A stretch of DNA of 64,000 nt from Ylistrum balloti (Eukaryota): positions 62,001 to 126,000 of the forward strand of contig NW_026782001.1 in NCBI RefSeq assembly GCF_031769215.1. The letters run 5' to 3'. Below, one piece after another: positions 15,501-26,800 of the stretch. The position numbers and the translations under genes were made by a program. The notes below the pieces were generated by a model. The model was not told the DNA's origin. It did not search any database and saw only the letters and a program-made list of their open reading frames with translations. Each line of letters begins with the position of its first letter. Positions within the stretch are counted from its first letter, which is position 1.

Positions 15501-16077
15501 GTAAGTATGTCTTTATGAAAATATTTCGAAAATCTCAGATTGATCTACGTTTTGTTACTAGGGTGTGCCTAATACAATCCTATACATTTCCATGTGGTCG
15601 TTTTCAGATTTTAAAAAAATAGTGATCATCCAAAAACTATCAGTAGGGACATGATTTGAAAAGATGCGTGATTTTGATATTAATTCTTACTAATTTTGTT
15701 GGCATATGAACAACAGAGGCTGTACTGACCTATTTTTAGGGGGGGGGGGTGTAGATAGACCGAATTCCTGTTTCTAAAATGATCATTTAAGATCAGTATT
15801 CACATTTATTATACTGTTATTGATATTAACATTTTTATTGACATATATATGGGGGCTAATGGTACACACAAACATCAAAACACCCCCAATCAAATGTTCA
15901 TAGTTTCACATGTTTTTTTGGTGTGGTTTTAAGCTGCATTCCTCATACCCAGCTTCCCAGACCGAGGGAAAGTCTAGTTACCTCTAATGCAAACCTAACC
16001 ATAAAATTTTGTACAATTAAAATTGGCTTCACTTGTTTCAATTCAAAGTGTTTGTCCAATAACATGATTGCAACCAA

Positions 16078-16925
16078 AGTACTGACTCCCTGTCACCACA
16101 AGGAGAGTAATATAAGTAATAACTCCTTGCCATTGGACAGAGAGGCACTAACTCTCTGTCACCACAAGGAGTACCATAGAGGCACTAACTCTCTGTCACC
16201 TCAAGGAGTACCATAGAGGTGCTAACTTCCTGTCACCACAGGTAGTACCATAGAGGCACTATCTCACTGATACCACAAGATGATTCATAGAGGCACTAAC
16301 ACCCTGTCACCACAAGGAGATTCGTAGAGGCACTAACTCCCTGTCACCACAAGGAGATTCGTAGAGGCAAGGAGATTTCATAGAAGTGCTAACTCCCTGT
16401 CACCACTGGTAGTGTCACAGAGGCACTATCTCACTGTTATCACAAGGAGATTCGTAGAGGCACTAACTCCCTGTCACCACAAGGAGATTCATAGAGGCAC
16501 TAACTCCCTGTCACCACAAGGAGATTCGGAGAGACACTAACTCCCTGTTACCACAAGGAGATTCGTAAAGGCACTAACTCCCTGTCACCACAAGGAGATT
16601 TGTAGCGGCACTAACTCCCTGTCACCACAAGGAGATTTGTAGAGGCACTAACTCCCTGTCACCACAAGGAGATTCGTAAAGGCACTAACTCCCTGTCACC
16701 ACAAGGAGATTTCATAGAGGTGCTAACTCCCTGTCACCACTGGTAGTGTCACGGAGGCACTATCTCACTGTTACCACAAGGAGATTCATAGAGGTACTAT
16801 CTCTATGTCAGGGTCTTTGAGGTACTACAGTATCTCCCTGTTGCCGCAAGGAGATTCATAAAGTTACCAACTCCCTTTCACCATCAGCTGGGTTATAGAA
16901 GAACTTACTCCTTGTCATCAGTAGA
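16078..16925. repeat. 37-bp minisatellite (GAGATTCGTAGAGGCACTAACTCCCTGTCACCACAAG), about 22 copies, degenerate at the edges
   Basis: Unit read directly; central copies are nearly identical. Confidence 0.93.
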
Positions 16926-17178
16926 TAATCCATAAAGATACTTACTTTTCACTAATTTTAATTGTTTTATATTATGAAGTCAATTTCATTTCAATTTTAT
17001 ATGGTTTCATAATTTATTTGATATAAGAATGAGAGAAATATTAATTCAGCTTGTAAAATAATGACAATCAGAAATTACTTTTGTTTTGGTTTTGTATTAT
17101 TGAGCCGTCAGTAGAATTCATCACATGAGAGGTAAACGCGTACTATAGCAGTTGTGGTTTCTTTTTTATCAGGTCAAG

Positions 17179-20100
17179 ATGGCAGGTGGAAACAAAGCAG
17201 CACGCGTTGTGTTTTTGATATGTGATTTCATTTTCCTGGTAAGTACATTGTTTTGAAACCTATTCCATATCCAATTTGCTACATGATAAAACTACATATC
17301 CCATCCCAGCTATCTTTCCCTAATCCATGTAAGATTAATAGAATCTTTCACTCCCTTTGGGGTGAGACAGGGGGATCTCAACCCGAGGGGGGGATTATTA
17401 TGTTGTCAAACACGAGGATTGTAAAATACGAAATAGAATGTTTGTAAACATAAACTTGTAGACAATATATGAATATAGTGTCGAGGCCGTCTCAACTGCG
17501 TCATGCTTAATTGTGATATCCCGCACAAATATAATTCCCATTAACGGTACAGTACAACACAAAAGGCATAATATTAATGATAAAAAACAATTTTAATGTG
17601 ACAGTATGGATGAGATGACTTAAATATATACACAAAATCAACACATATTATTAAATTGTTATTTTACAATGACGTCATTTACATGTCAAGTTCCACTTCC
17701 GGGTCAAGATAGTGACGTCACATTATTGTTGAGAACGCGCAAGGAGCGTGTGTAGCTTGTTTTAACCCTAGGGTGATATAGAAAAATCACACAACGTTAA
17801 AAACTGTGGATATCCCTGTCCGGGGTAAGATAAACAGTTATCTCATCCCTCGCAACCATAGGATCGCCCTGTAAAATTTCTGAGAAATTCATTTATTACA
17901 TATCTATATAGTATTGACTCTGTAGACCTTGATTGTAACATGCCTACAGAGTCCATTGCAAGCTGACTGAAGTTAACATTTACACTGAATAATATAAACT
18001 ATTTCAATTTTTGATTACAGTTAATGGGAATAGGCATATTCATAGCTGGAATATACCTGAAGGTCTCTCGGGCTGACTTCACAGAGGTGCTAGACAGCAG
18101 GGAGTTTAACTTTGCCACAGCACTGATGGTGTCCGCTGGAATTATTGTGGTTGTTGTTGCCATTATTGGTTTGATTGGGGAGCGCCTCCAGAATCAATGT
18201 GTACTTGGAGTCGTAAGTGTCTTCATCTTCTAATTGTGTCGAGTTTAAAGTTGGTAGGTTATTAATTGTTACTTGTAGTTTTCCCAAAACAGACAGTTGT
18301 GTTTTTATTTTTTGTTGCCTTTCTAGTCATGGTATGATGTCTATCCACCTGGTATCATTTTTTTCAGTAAAACAACTTGCATCATAACTGAAAGGTCCAG
18401 GGTCATGATGATAAGTCAGTAGCATGCTGGGATAAATTAACATCGACTTCTTTTCATGTCACAGGGGTCAAATGTGTTAAAATGTTTAAACAACTTCTTC
18501 TCATAAACAAAGAAGCCTTTAGTCATAATAGACCATTAGCATGCTCGAATGAAGGTATACAAACTTTGTTCAAATGAATTACCTTGATCTACTTTCAAGG
18601 TCGCAGGGGTCAAATGTGTTAAAACATTTTAACAAATCATCTCAGAAGAAATGAGGCCTAGAGTCATATTAGATCATTAGAATGCAAGAATGATGGTTTA
18701 CAAAGTTTGTTAAAATGAATGACCTTGATCTATTTTCAAGGTCACAGGGGTCAGATGTGTTAAACATTTTAACAACTTCATCTCAGAAGAAAAGAAGCCC
18801 AGAGTCATATTAGACTATTAGCATTCAAGAATGAAGGTTTACAAAGTTTGTTCAAATGAATGACCTTGATCTACATTCAAGTTCGCAATGGTCAGATGTA
18901 TTTAAGTCTTATCAACAAATTCTTATCAGTAACCAATAGCCCAAGGTCATGATGTTAGGTCAGTGTCCTAGAAGCATCCTAGAATAAAGGCTTCAAAATA
19001 TGTTTAATTGAATTATTTTTACTGATACAAAAGGCAACAGATGTCAAATATATCAACTTCTTTAAGGCTTTCTTGAATAAACAATAAATCAATTGTTCTT
19101 TTGTTTCACCTACAACATGCTTTAAAGATGTAGAATTGATTTTGGGATAAACATGATAATTACCATAATGAACTTGTTCCAGTGATGTCTTCTCTTCATA
19201 TACTGCAGAGAAGGTTAGAAATACAGGCCGATTAAGAAAAGAAATCCAATATTTATTTCAAGAACTGTTTCTCTGAATGGGAGTAAATATTTGTCATGGT
19301 TTAAGTTTGGCCCCTTTTTCTCTTTTATCAATAGAGTGAAATTAAAAGGTGGGTAAACATTTTAGTACAGATTTAAGACTTGGGGGTGGGGGGGGGGGAG
19401 GGGAATAGTTGTCTCTAAGGGCAGAAAAAAACCCTTGGACAAATATTTCTCTGTTTAAAATATTGATGATAGGAATTGTAAAACAAAATACAGACGATTC
19501 CTTCTAATTTCTGTGTTTGTTTTTAACCATTTCTTGGTTAATTCTCTTTTTTGCATGGATGTTTTTTATTTCAGTACCTGATTTGTGTTATACTGATCTT
19601 CTGTATGGAACTTGCAGCTGGGATTACTGGAGCCATCTACAGAAATAAGGTAGGTACCTCAATAGTCATTTAGTTTGGTGTTTTTGTATGTCTCAAGCTC
19701 CTGTCAAACAATGTTGTGTCCGAAGTAGCATCGGATGTTTTCAATTGTCAATAATTTAGTGTGGAATTATCAATGTCACCGGGGTCGTTATAGACAACAC
19801 ACACTGAGGTTCTTGTTTTCAGTTTGTTTATTTCATAAATAAGGATGAAACCTACAAAGGTAAAACAAAGAACATCACAGTGCCAAAACGGACCATACAA
19901 CAACTGGCACACCAAATCGATTCATGCACCAACGTTCAAGCACACACATATCACTTACCAGGCCTCCCACCGCAGTCGCTATATAAGTTCCCTTTGCAGG
20001 GGTATACAATGGTAAACACACAAGTATAGCAGTTCTCGCTAGCATGGTCAGAGCTCGAGTGACGGGTTGTTTAGGGACCGGGGCGGTATTAGGGGGTAAG

Positions 20101-21820
20101 TGGCGGGAAAGCCTGTGACACGCATGCAGGGTGCAGTGGTCAGTGCGTTGGTGATGAGTAGTTGTCAGTGTCATAGGTTACGTCGTATATATTTACTAAA
20201 CATACACATGTACACAGGACATCACTTGACATGATTACATTATTACAACACCGGTACATCAGTACGATGTAGATTCTGTAAAACATATGGGTTACATCAA
20301 GTTTGTAACAAGGGTATCAGAGGTAACATTTTGTCAGTCACGTAATATCTTCCTCTCTGTAGAGAAAAGTTTTAGTTAGATGGGACTTCCATAATGAATT
20401 ATGGTTGATTGAAAAATAATGAAACTATAGTTTTAAGACCTGTGTAAAATTTAAGATTGCTTCAATGGCGACCATCTTGAAAATCTTATGTTTTCTTCTT
20501 GTGAATAGAAAATTGTGTCAAAACTGCACTGTCTGCACCAGTTTTGTCCGGAACTCATGTTTTTTTTAGCTCATAACCCTAGAGTTTTAACTTATTATGT
20601 TTACAGATAGAAGATGCCCTGAGAAGTGACATGTTGTCAGGACTACAGAACTCAGACAAACGTAATGCTTGGGATGAAGTCCAGGAAAGGGTAATTATTG
20701 AACAACTTAAAAAAATACAAATAATGCTAGGAAAGCAATTCATGAGTAAATTGATAACTTAAAAAATTTATACCAAGTACTTGTGGTGAAGGATGGGTGA
20801 GGTAAGGTGTTATACTGTTTCATATATCAGCAATATACTGACAAATGCCAGTGCTGGACCAAACATTTTCCACCAAACCTATGATGTGGAAAATTAAAAG
20901 TCTTGGTGAAAACACAAAAATTCAAAGATGTACATCGTAATTAAATAATTTATTTCCTACATGTACACTTTATTTCATGAGGGTATGGAAGCATTTTTCG
21001 ACATAAATATGAATACATTTGACTTTTGGCAACCTTTTTAGTATGAATGCTGTGGCGTACATAATGCAACAGACTGGAACAACGTGTTCGACCCCAGAAA
21101 CCCGACCTGGATTCCAGACTCGTGCTGTGGCTATGAAAACTGTGGAACAACAGGAAGTCAAGTAGCTTGGACTATTGTAAGTACATTAGAGCTAACATCC
21201 ACATAATCTTATTGCTTCAGCAAACTGTTGCATTTTAGAGGCTATTGGCTGTTTAATCATGATGTGATGTAAAAACAATGTTTTCTGGGTTTTGGTCGAA
21301 CTGATATTAAACCAGTCAAGAATGATTACCTCATTATCTATTTCAGGGTTGTTTTGACGATGCAAAAGAATGGCTGGAAATGAACTACTTGACTATTGTT
21401 CTTGTAGCTATTATTGAAGCTGTTCTTCAGGTATGCATGTCATTTTATTAAACAACTTTCCAATTTGAGGAAAAGTTGTACATGGTATTAATTTTATAAG
21501 TCTTCACTCAATGAATTAATTGAAATATATTTGATTTTTTAAAACTTATTAAATTATTATATGTTATTATCTGTAATTAAAATATTCTGGAGCTCCTTAG
21601 GTTATATCTTTGTTAAATCAGCATTGTAATTTTCTTTATATACAAAATATTGTATTTAGTAAGAAATTAAAATGAAAAATATTGTTGCATTGATGTTTAA
21701 TTGACATTTTACTTTTATTCTTAATATTTTTTTTCTTATTTTTTGTAGGTATTACTTATCATAATGCCCATTGTGCTGATATACTTTATAAGACGAGAGA
21801 AAAAATACCGATACATGTGA
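17179..21820 (+). CDS. Tetraspanin, 233 aa. Exons 17179-17238, 18021-18212, 19575-19649, 20607-20690, 21042-21176, 21347-21430, 21749-21820.
   Basis: Four TM segments; large extracellular loop with CCG (YECCGVHNATDW), PDSCC and GC motifs. All six introns are GT-AG, phase 0, and the frame is continuous to TGA. Confidence 0.94.
18375..19065. repeat. Tandem repeat of about 141-142 bp, 4-5 copies, probably the internal array of a Helentron-associated (HINE-like) element, in tetraspanin intron 2
   Basis: GGGGTCA(A/G)ATGTGTTAA motif recurs at 18464, 18606, 18747 and about 18888. The TCAAGGTCACAGGGGTCA motif is the reverse complement of the motif at about 56270. Confidence 0.75.
19774..20296 (-). 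mobile_element. Solo LTR (523 bp), probably Gypsy-type, in tetraspanin intron 3
   Basis: TG...CA termini with short inverted ends (TGTCACC / GGTTACA), 4-bp direct repeat TCAA on both sides (19770-19773 and 20297-20300), GC-richer than its flanks, minus-strand AATAAA about 55 bp from the 3' end. Confidence 0.7.
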
Positions 21821-22440
21821 TGAACTGACTTGTCACCATGGTTACACAATGTTGAGAATTGATTAGCTGTGTGTGGTCACAAGTGTATGGCTGATGTAGG
21901 CTGTATGTGGTCATGATTATGAAACTGATGTTGAGTTAAATTTAAATTTGGAGAACATTTAAATGAAGTGTTTATGCAAATTGTTTTAGGAAACTAAACA
22001 AAACGTAAACACGTTTCTTGCCGTTCATTTCTGAACTGTTCCAATGGATATACCATCATCTAAAGCGATGATAACGGCCCAAAAGACATTGGTTGACTAC
22101 GAACAATCAGGAAGGGTTCTTTATCTAGGATGAAATATTGTTTACATATATTTACTGTCACAAAAATCCAGCACATACATGTAACTGCATTCCAGTAGTT
22201 TGGAAACTGGATTAAATCCAAGTGTCTCGCGTTCCTGCAGCAGCAATTACTGTTTATATCCTAATTAGCCACCAATGTATCCTTACAAATTATCTTTTGT
22301 TCTATCAGACGTGTAGATGCTTTATTATGATTGGAAGGCTATATGTAATCTTAATTCAAAACAATATGTTTTTTTAAACTTGAGAAGGCAAACCTACTGT
22401 TGTATTATTAAAATGTCTCACAATTTGCAATAATCTAGAA

Positions 22441-22473
22441 CAGAGACCTATATGTGTTATATATAAGTCTCTG
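22441..22473. mobile_element. 33-bp micro-MITE with CAGAGAC/GTCTCTG termini
   Basis: Flanked by TCTAGAA and TCTAGAG (7-bp near-duplication); same termini as 6432-6449. Confidence 0.4.
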
Positions 22474-23803
22474 TCTAGAGGAATCTTGTAACATAGTTTT
22501 ACTATGTTACATGTAAATTTTGAACTGGTTACTTGTTAACTTTAAAAAATACTTATTTCAGACACATTAAGGTTAAAAGTGTTATCACTTCGTAGATATC
22601 TACAGGATGAAGTATTGGTTTTATGTGATAGAGGTGCAAACTAATGACATATTTTGAGATCTTTTTATTATTCCTGTGAATTTATAAATATATAAATAGA
22701 TATTATATATATGTGCATATCTTGTATATTTTGAAAACAAATAAAATTATAAACCTGTAATATTAATTTTGTCTTAATTTCACCCTATAGTGTTATATTT
22801 TATTACATATCTAGCCACTCTATTATGTAGGAAGCCCGAGACCTTTATATCACTGATCTAAATATAGATTCATTCAGGATCAATTGCCCAGAGTTTTTAT
22901 CATTGCAGTCTAGATCCTTGTTGATCTTTAACAATTTCGACCAGACTTGTTAGAAGTGTGATGAATTATTCCTGGTCCTGAAGATATTTAAGTACTGCCA
23001 TTTTAAGACACGTCGTGTTAAAACTAAGTGGTAAGTCCTTGTCGATAAGTTTGACTAAGTTTAACTGTTTCCTGTGTCAAACTTTTTCATCAGTTATTAT
23101 ATATTTCAAAGACCTGTCTTCATTTACATCAAAAGTGCGCTATTTAAGCACTATTTAATGTATCTCGGTAAGGCCTCGCTGTCTCATACATTCATATTTA
23201 ACATCCAAGTAAGATAGACATCACAATGAGTACAGTATATATTGTAGATCACGTAACAGCACGCATCACATCGCCTATCAACATCATTAAAAAAAACGTT
23301 CAAGAGAGATATTTATACAAGTATGTTAATTTACAGAAATGATGGGATTTACAGAAACAAAAATTCACGGGTGATATAATTTATAGGAATGTTTACAGTC
23401 CTTGACTGAATATTGATGTATTTGAGGTAGTTGTTCACATAACTTACTTTCCGCTTTTCCAGTCAGTATACTTTATGTATGAAGATCGACTGACTTACAA
23501 CCGTTTTCTCTCAAACTGCTTCTCTCCGAACCTCAACAGCAGTAACAACTATGTTCATCAACTTCAGAATTGTTCTTCTCATTCTGTGCGGGATGAACAG
23601 TGGAAACGCTCTGTTTTTTAATGCTGTTTAAATAGACACGTAACGAACTATTCCACAGGCACAAAACAAACAGCTGCTTAGAGCAGTTTTCCTATTTTTT
23701 ACTGACGTTTCCACTCTGAAAATTTGTACTGATAAACAGCGCATTTCGGTAGATGTATTTTTATCTAATCTCACGGAGCAACAAATATGTTTTGTACAAG
23801 GAT

Positions 23804-26800
23804 TCATCGTTGGCTTTGGACCGTAAGGTTTGCGTAAATAGGTCGTGTCGTTGGAGTATCATAATCTGATTGTCCTATATTGGAGTTGCTGTACATGTGT
23901 AAAGACTCATACGAGACCTTATCTCGTTTTTCAGGTACTTGTTCATAGGCATGTTGGGGTTCCATAGTATTTCCGTAGAGATGAAGACTGTCATATGCTT
24001 CAGGAGGAGAGGTGGAGACGTTCTGTTCAAAATCCTGATACGATTCTGAAAATAAATCAAACGACAAACAGAATTATTTCGTTGTTTTTCTCTAAAAAGG
24101 AACTTGGCAACCTCCATCTTTTGATCTTTACTTGATGTTTTTATCTTTCCATTACTGTCCACTTTTTTCAGCTCTTTCCGTGTTATTATATCGACTAGTG
24201 AATGAATATTGCAGTGACATTGTAATACATTATTTTTGAATGACCCGTCCAGTACTTTCTACAAACAGTGATGACCATATACAGAATGAAATCCATGACG
24301 GACCCTCCTTGTCAATATTTTCCATCAGTTGCCATTTTGTTTTTTCTTAATCTGTCCCATCTAGTTCTCTAGAAATAACGACAACAATCTTTAGGTGTCA
24401 ATCCAATATGACAGATTTTTAGGGAAATGTACACATCAACCTCTCAGGATATAACGTTATCAAACATTAACGAAGTCCAAGCTACGCCCCGTTTTTAAAT
24501 TAACATATAGGTATTAAGGAAAAGGGAACACGCAAATGAAGTTTCAGAATGAACCATACGTGCTTATAGCGAAACAACAAACGTGAGAACCGTTTAAGGA
24601 CGGACGGATGGACGGACGAACAGCCACCATCATCAGAGGATGAAGAGACATATACATGTTCTAAAGCTTTGCCACATTTACAGCGTATACATAGTGAATG
24701 TCCCCTTTTTTCAAGGCGCTGCATTTTTTTTGGTACTGTGCATGTACATACTTTTCTATATCATATCTTTTATATTTTCGTGATGATTCTGTACTAATTA
24801 ATTTGAACAGATAGGCACACAACAGTTTTTTGCGAATTTTGTGTCGTTTTTTGACACCTAGCAATTAAGAATGGACTGTTGCTTGTCAGACATATCATCG
24901 TTGCTGGTAATGTGTACAACCACCCCCTACCCCTCCACTTCCTTGAATGAAGTGTTTTCCCAATGTCGCATAATTTGGGATGTGAAAAAAAACGCTATCT
25001 ACAAAAACCTAAACAAACATGATAAAAGTATTTTAATAAAGCGGTTTTCTCGGTTTAGTTTGTTTGAATTAATTGAAAAAACGAACCTCTATAATAATAC
25101 TCTGTAGGTTAAAATGTGAAATTAATAAATATTCACCATTATCCTGTGAAGTTGCACCTTCTGCTGCGGGTTTGACATATACACGGCCATTACTTGTCAA
25201 GTTCTTTGTATCACTGAAAATTAAATGCATCTATAACTTAAAATCAAAGTTTATTATTATTTTTTACTAAAATCACTTCATAACGTAATCTTTTTTTCTG
25301 CAAACAGTCAAAAAGGCGAGTTATGTCCAAATTTGATATTCGAATATGCTTGAATGCTGATTCGTCTTCATTCATCACAGAATTCTTCGTGCTATACAAG
25401 ACTTCACAAACGATGTACAATGACAAATCAGCTGTATGTCTTTTTTATTGGTCTGGCGACATGTCAATAATTTGGTTTTTATTATTTTTGATTAGAGTTA
25501 TGTTGCAATCATTGTTACCTCAAAAAATTGTTTCAACAGTTCTATCTTATATACAAACTTTATAGAGATACGATCAAACTATTTTTAAAATTCATATACA
25601 ATAAAGACAAACATGATAACTAGTGGTTTTCACAGTAATTAATAAGTAGAAGGTTTTGTCCATCGATTTTGTTGTCAGGGTACCTGTGTTATCGATCTTT
25701 ATTCCATCTTCGAAAGTGATATCCATTACAGTACTTATCTAATGGAATTATGTTACCATGGTTATATACTCACTCTAAGGGATTCTTCTTTCGTTTGTAT
25801 CTGACCCTGAGTAGCAATACCGCCATGACAACAGCAGCCAGCACCACCAGAGGTATCCCTATAGACAGTCCGGTGGAGGCAGGGTTGTCTTGCTCGTCTC
25901 CCTCTTCTGCGTTCCCGACGTTTGTCTCTTCTCCGGATCCCTCGGTGACGTCCTCTGCTTGTGTAGTGGTTGGTGCAACAGTGGTGGTAGTGGGCGTGGT
26001 TGTTACAAGTGGCTCGGTTGTAGTGATGGTGTTAGTGGTTATTTCAGTTCGTACGACTGTTGTAATCTGTCTTTTAGTAGTGGTGACTGTAATTGGGGCA
26101 TCTGTAACGTAGACATTGTCTGAAATAAACGTTTTAGATTTAAATCGTTTGTATTGAGAAAAAATCTCGTCGATTGTAAACGTTAGAAATGCACACGAGA
26201 TGAGTCAAATCCGCTTGACAGGAATTCCTAACTACATTTTCATCTTCATTTTTTATGTAAGCACTAATTCCTAAGTGCAGTTCATATATATATACTCTCA
26301 ACAGGTCGTCCCTAGTGTATGTGAGGCGTGTGCATGTTTTGTGTGACTTTCCGAAAGACTGTTGTATCTTCGTGTAAACTTTAAATGTTATGAGTGTGGT
26401 GTCTTGCTGGACATCACATCTGGTCACAATATACTGACAGATGATAAACCAGTTGCCATACTCTTATAATGCTGATTGTTAAACAGAGAGTTGTTACCAG
26501 CATTTTGTAGACTCTGGTGTGTCTCGGCCAGGGGACAGAACCCAAAACCTTCCTCGCAGGGGGAAACGCCCAAATAAAGGTAAAAAGTGAGGCGGTGTCA
26601 TGGGAAACAGTAGGAAGAACAAGCGTAATTTAGAAAGAAAAGATCCCAAATGTAGTCGCCTCTTAGGAATCATGCAATTGGAGAGAGCAGGTACAATTAT
26701 TAAGACCTGTCTCCAGGACAATTATACTGAACATGTCAAGATGATGATACATTTATTTATCACACGACGTCCTTAATATTATGTAGAAAGTTTGCATATT

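Noticed and set aside
16078-16925. Tandem arrays of 30-37 bp (here, 28.2 kb, 32.4 kb, 60.1 kb) as possible CRISPR arrays
   Set aside because: Units are head-to-tail with no unique spacers, there are no cas genes, and the DNA is eukaryotic.
17330-17870. Possible MITE with degenerate terminal inverted repeats in tetraspanin intron 1
   Set aside because: Arm similarity is too weak to define ends or a TSD by eye.
19875-20174. 99-aa minus-strand ORF
   Set aside because: Lies inside the solo LTR; no recognisable domain.
25684-25738. Candidate extra exon of gene A
   Set aside because: It would need a 35-nt intron and gives an in-frame stop in phase 2; exon 25213-25137 fits both phases.
25750-26123. 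Plus-strand ORFs of 120 and 77 aa
   Set aside because: Antisense shadow of gene A exon 3 (mucin stalk plus TM).
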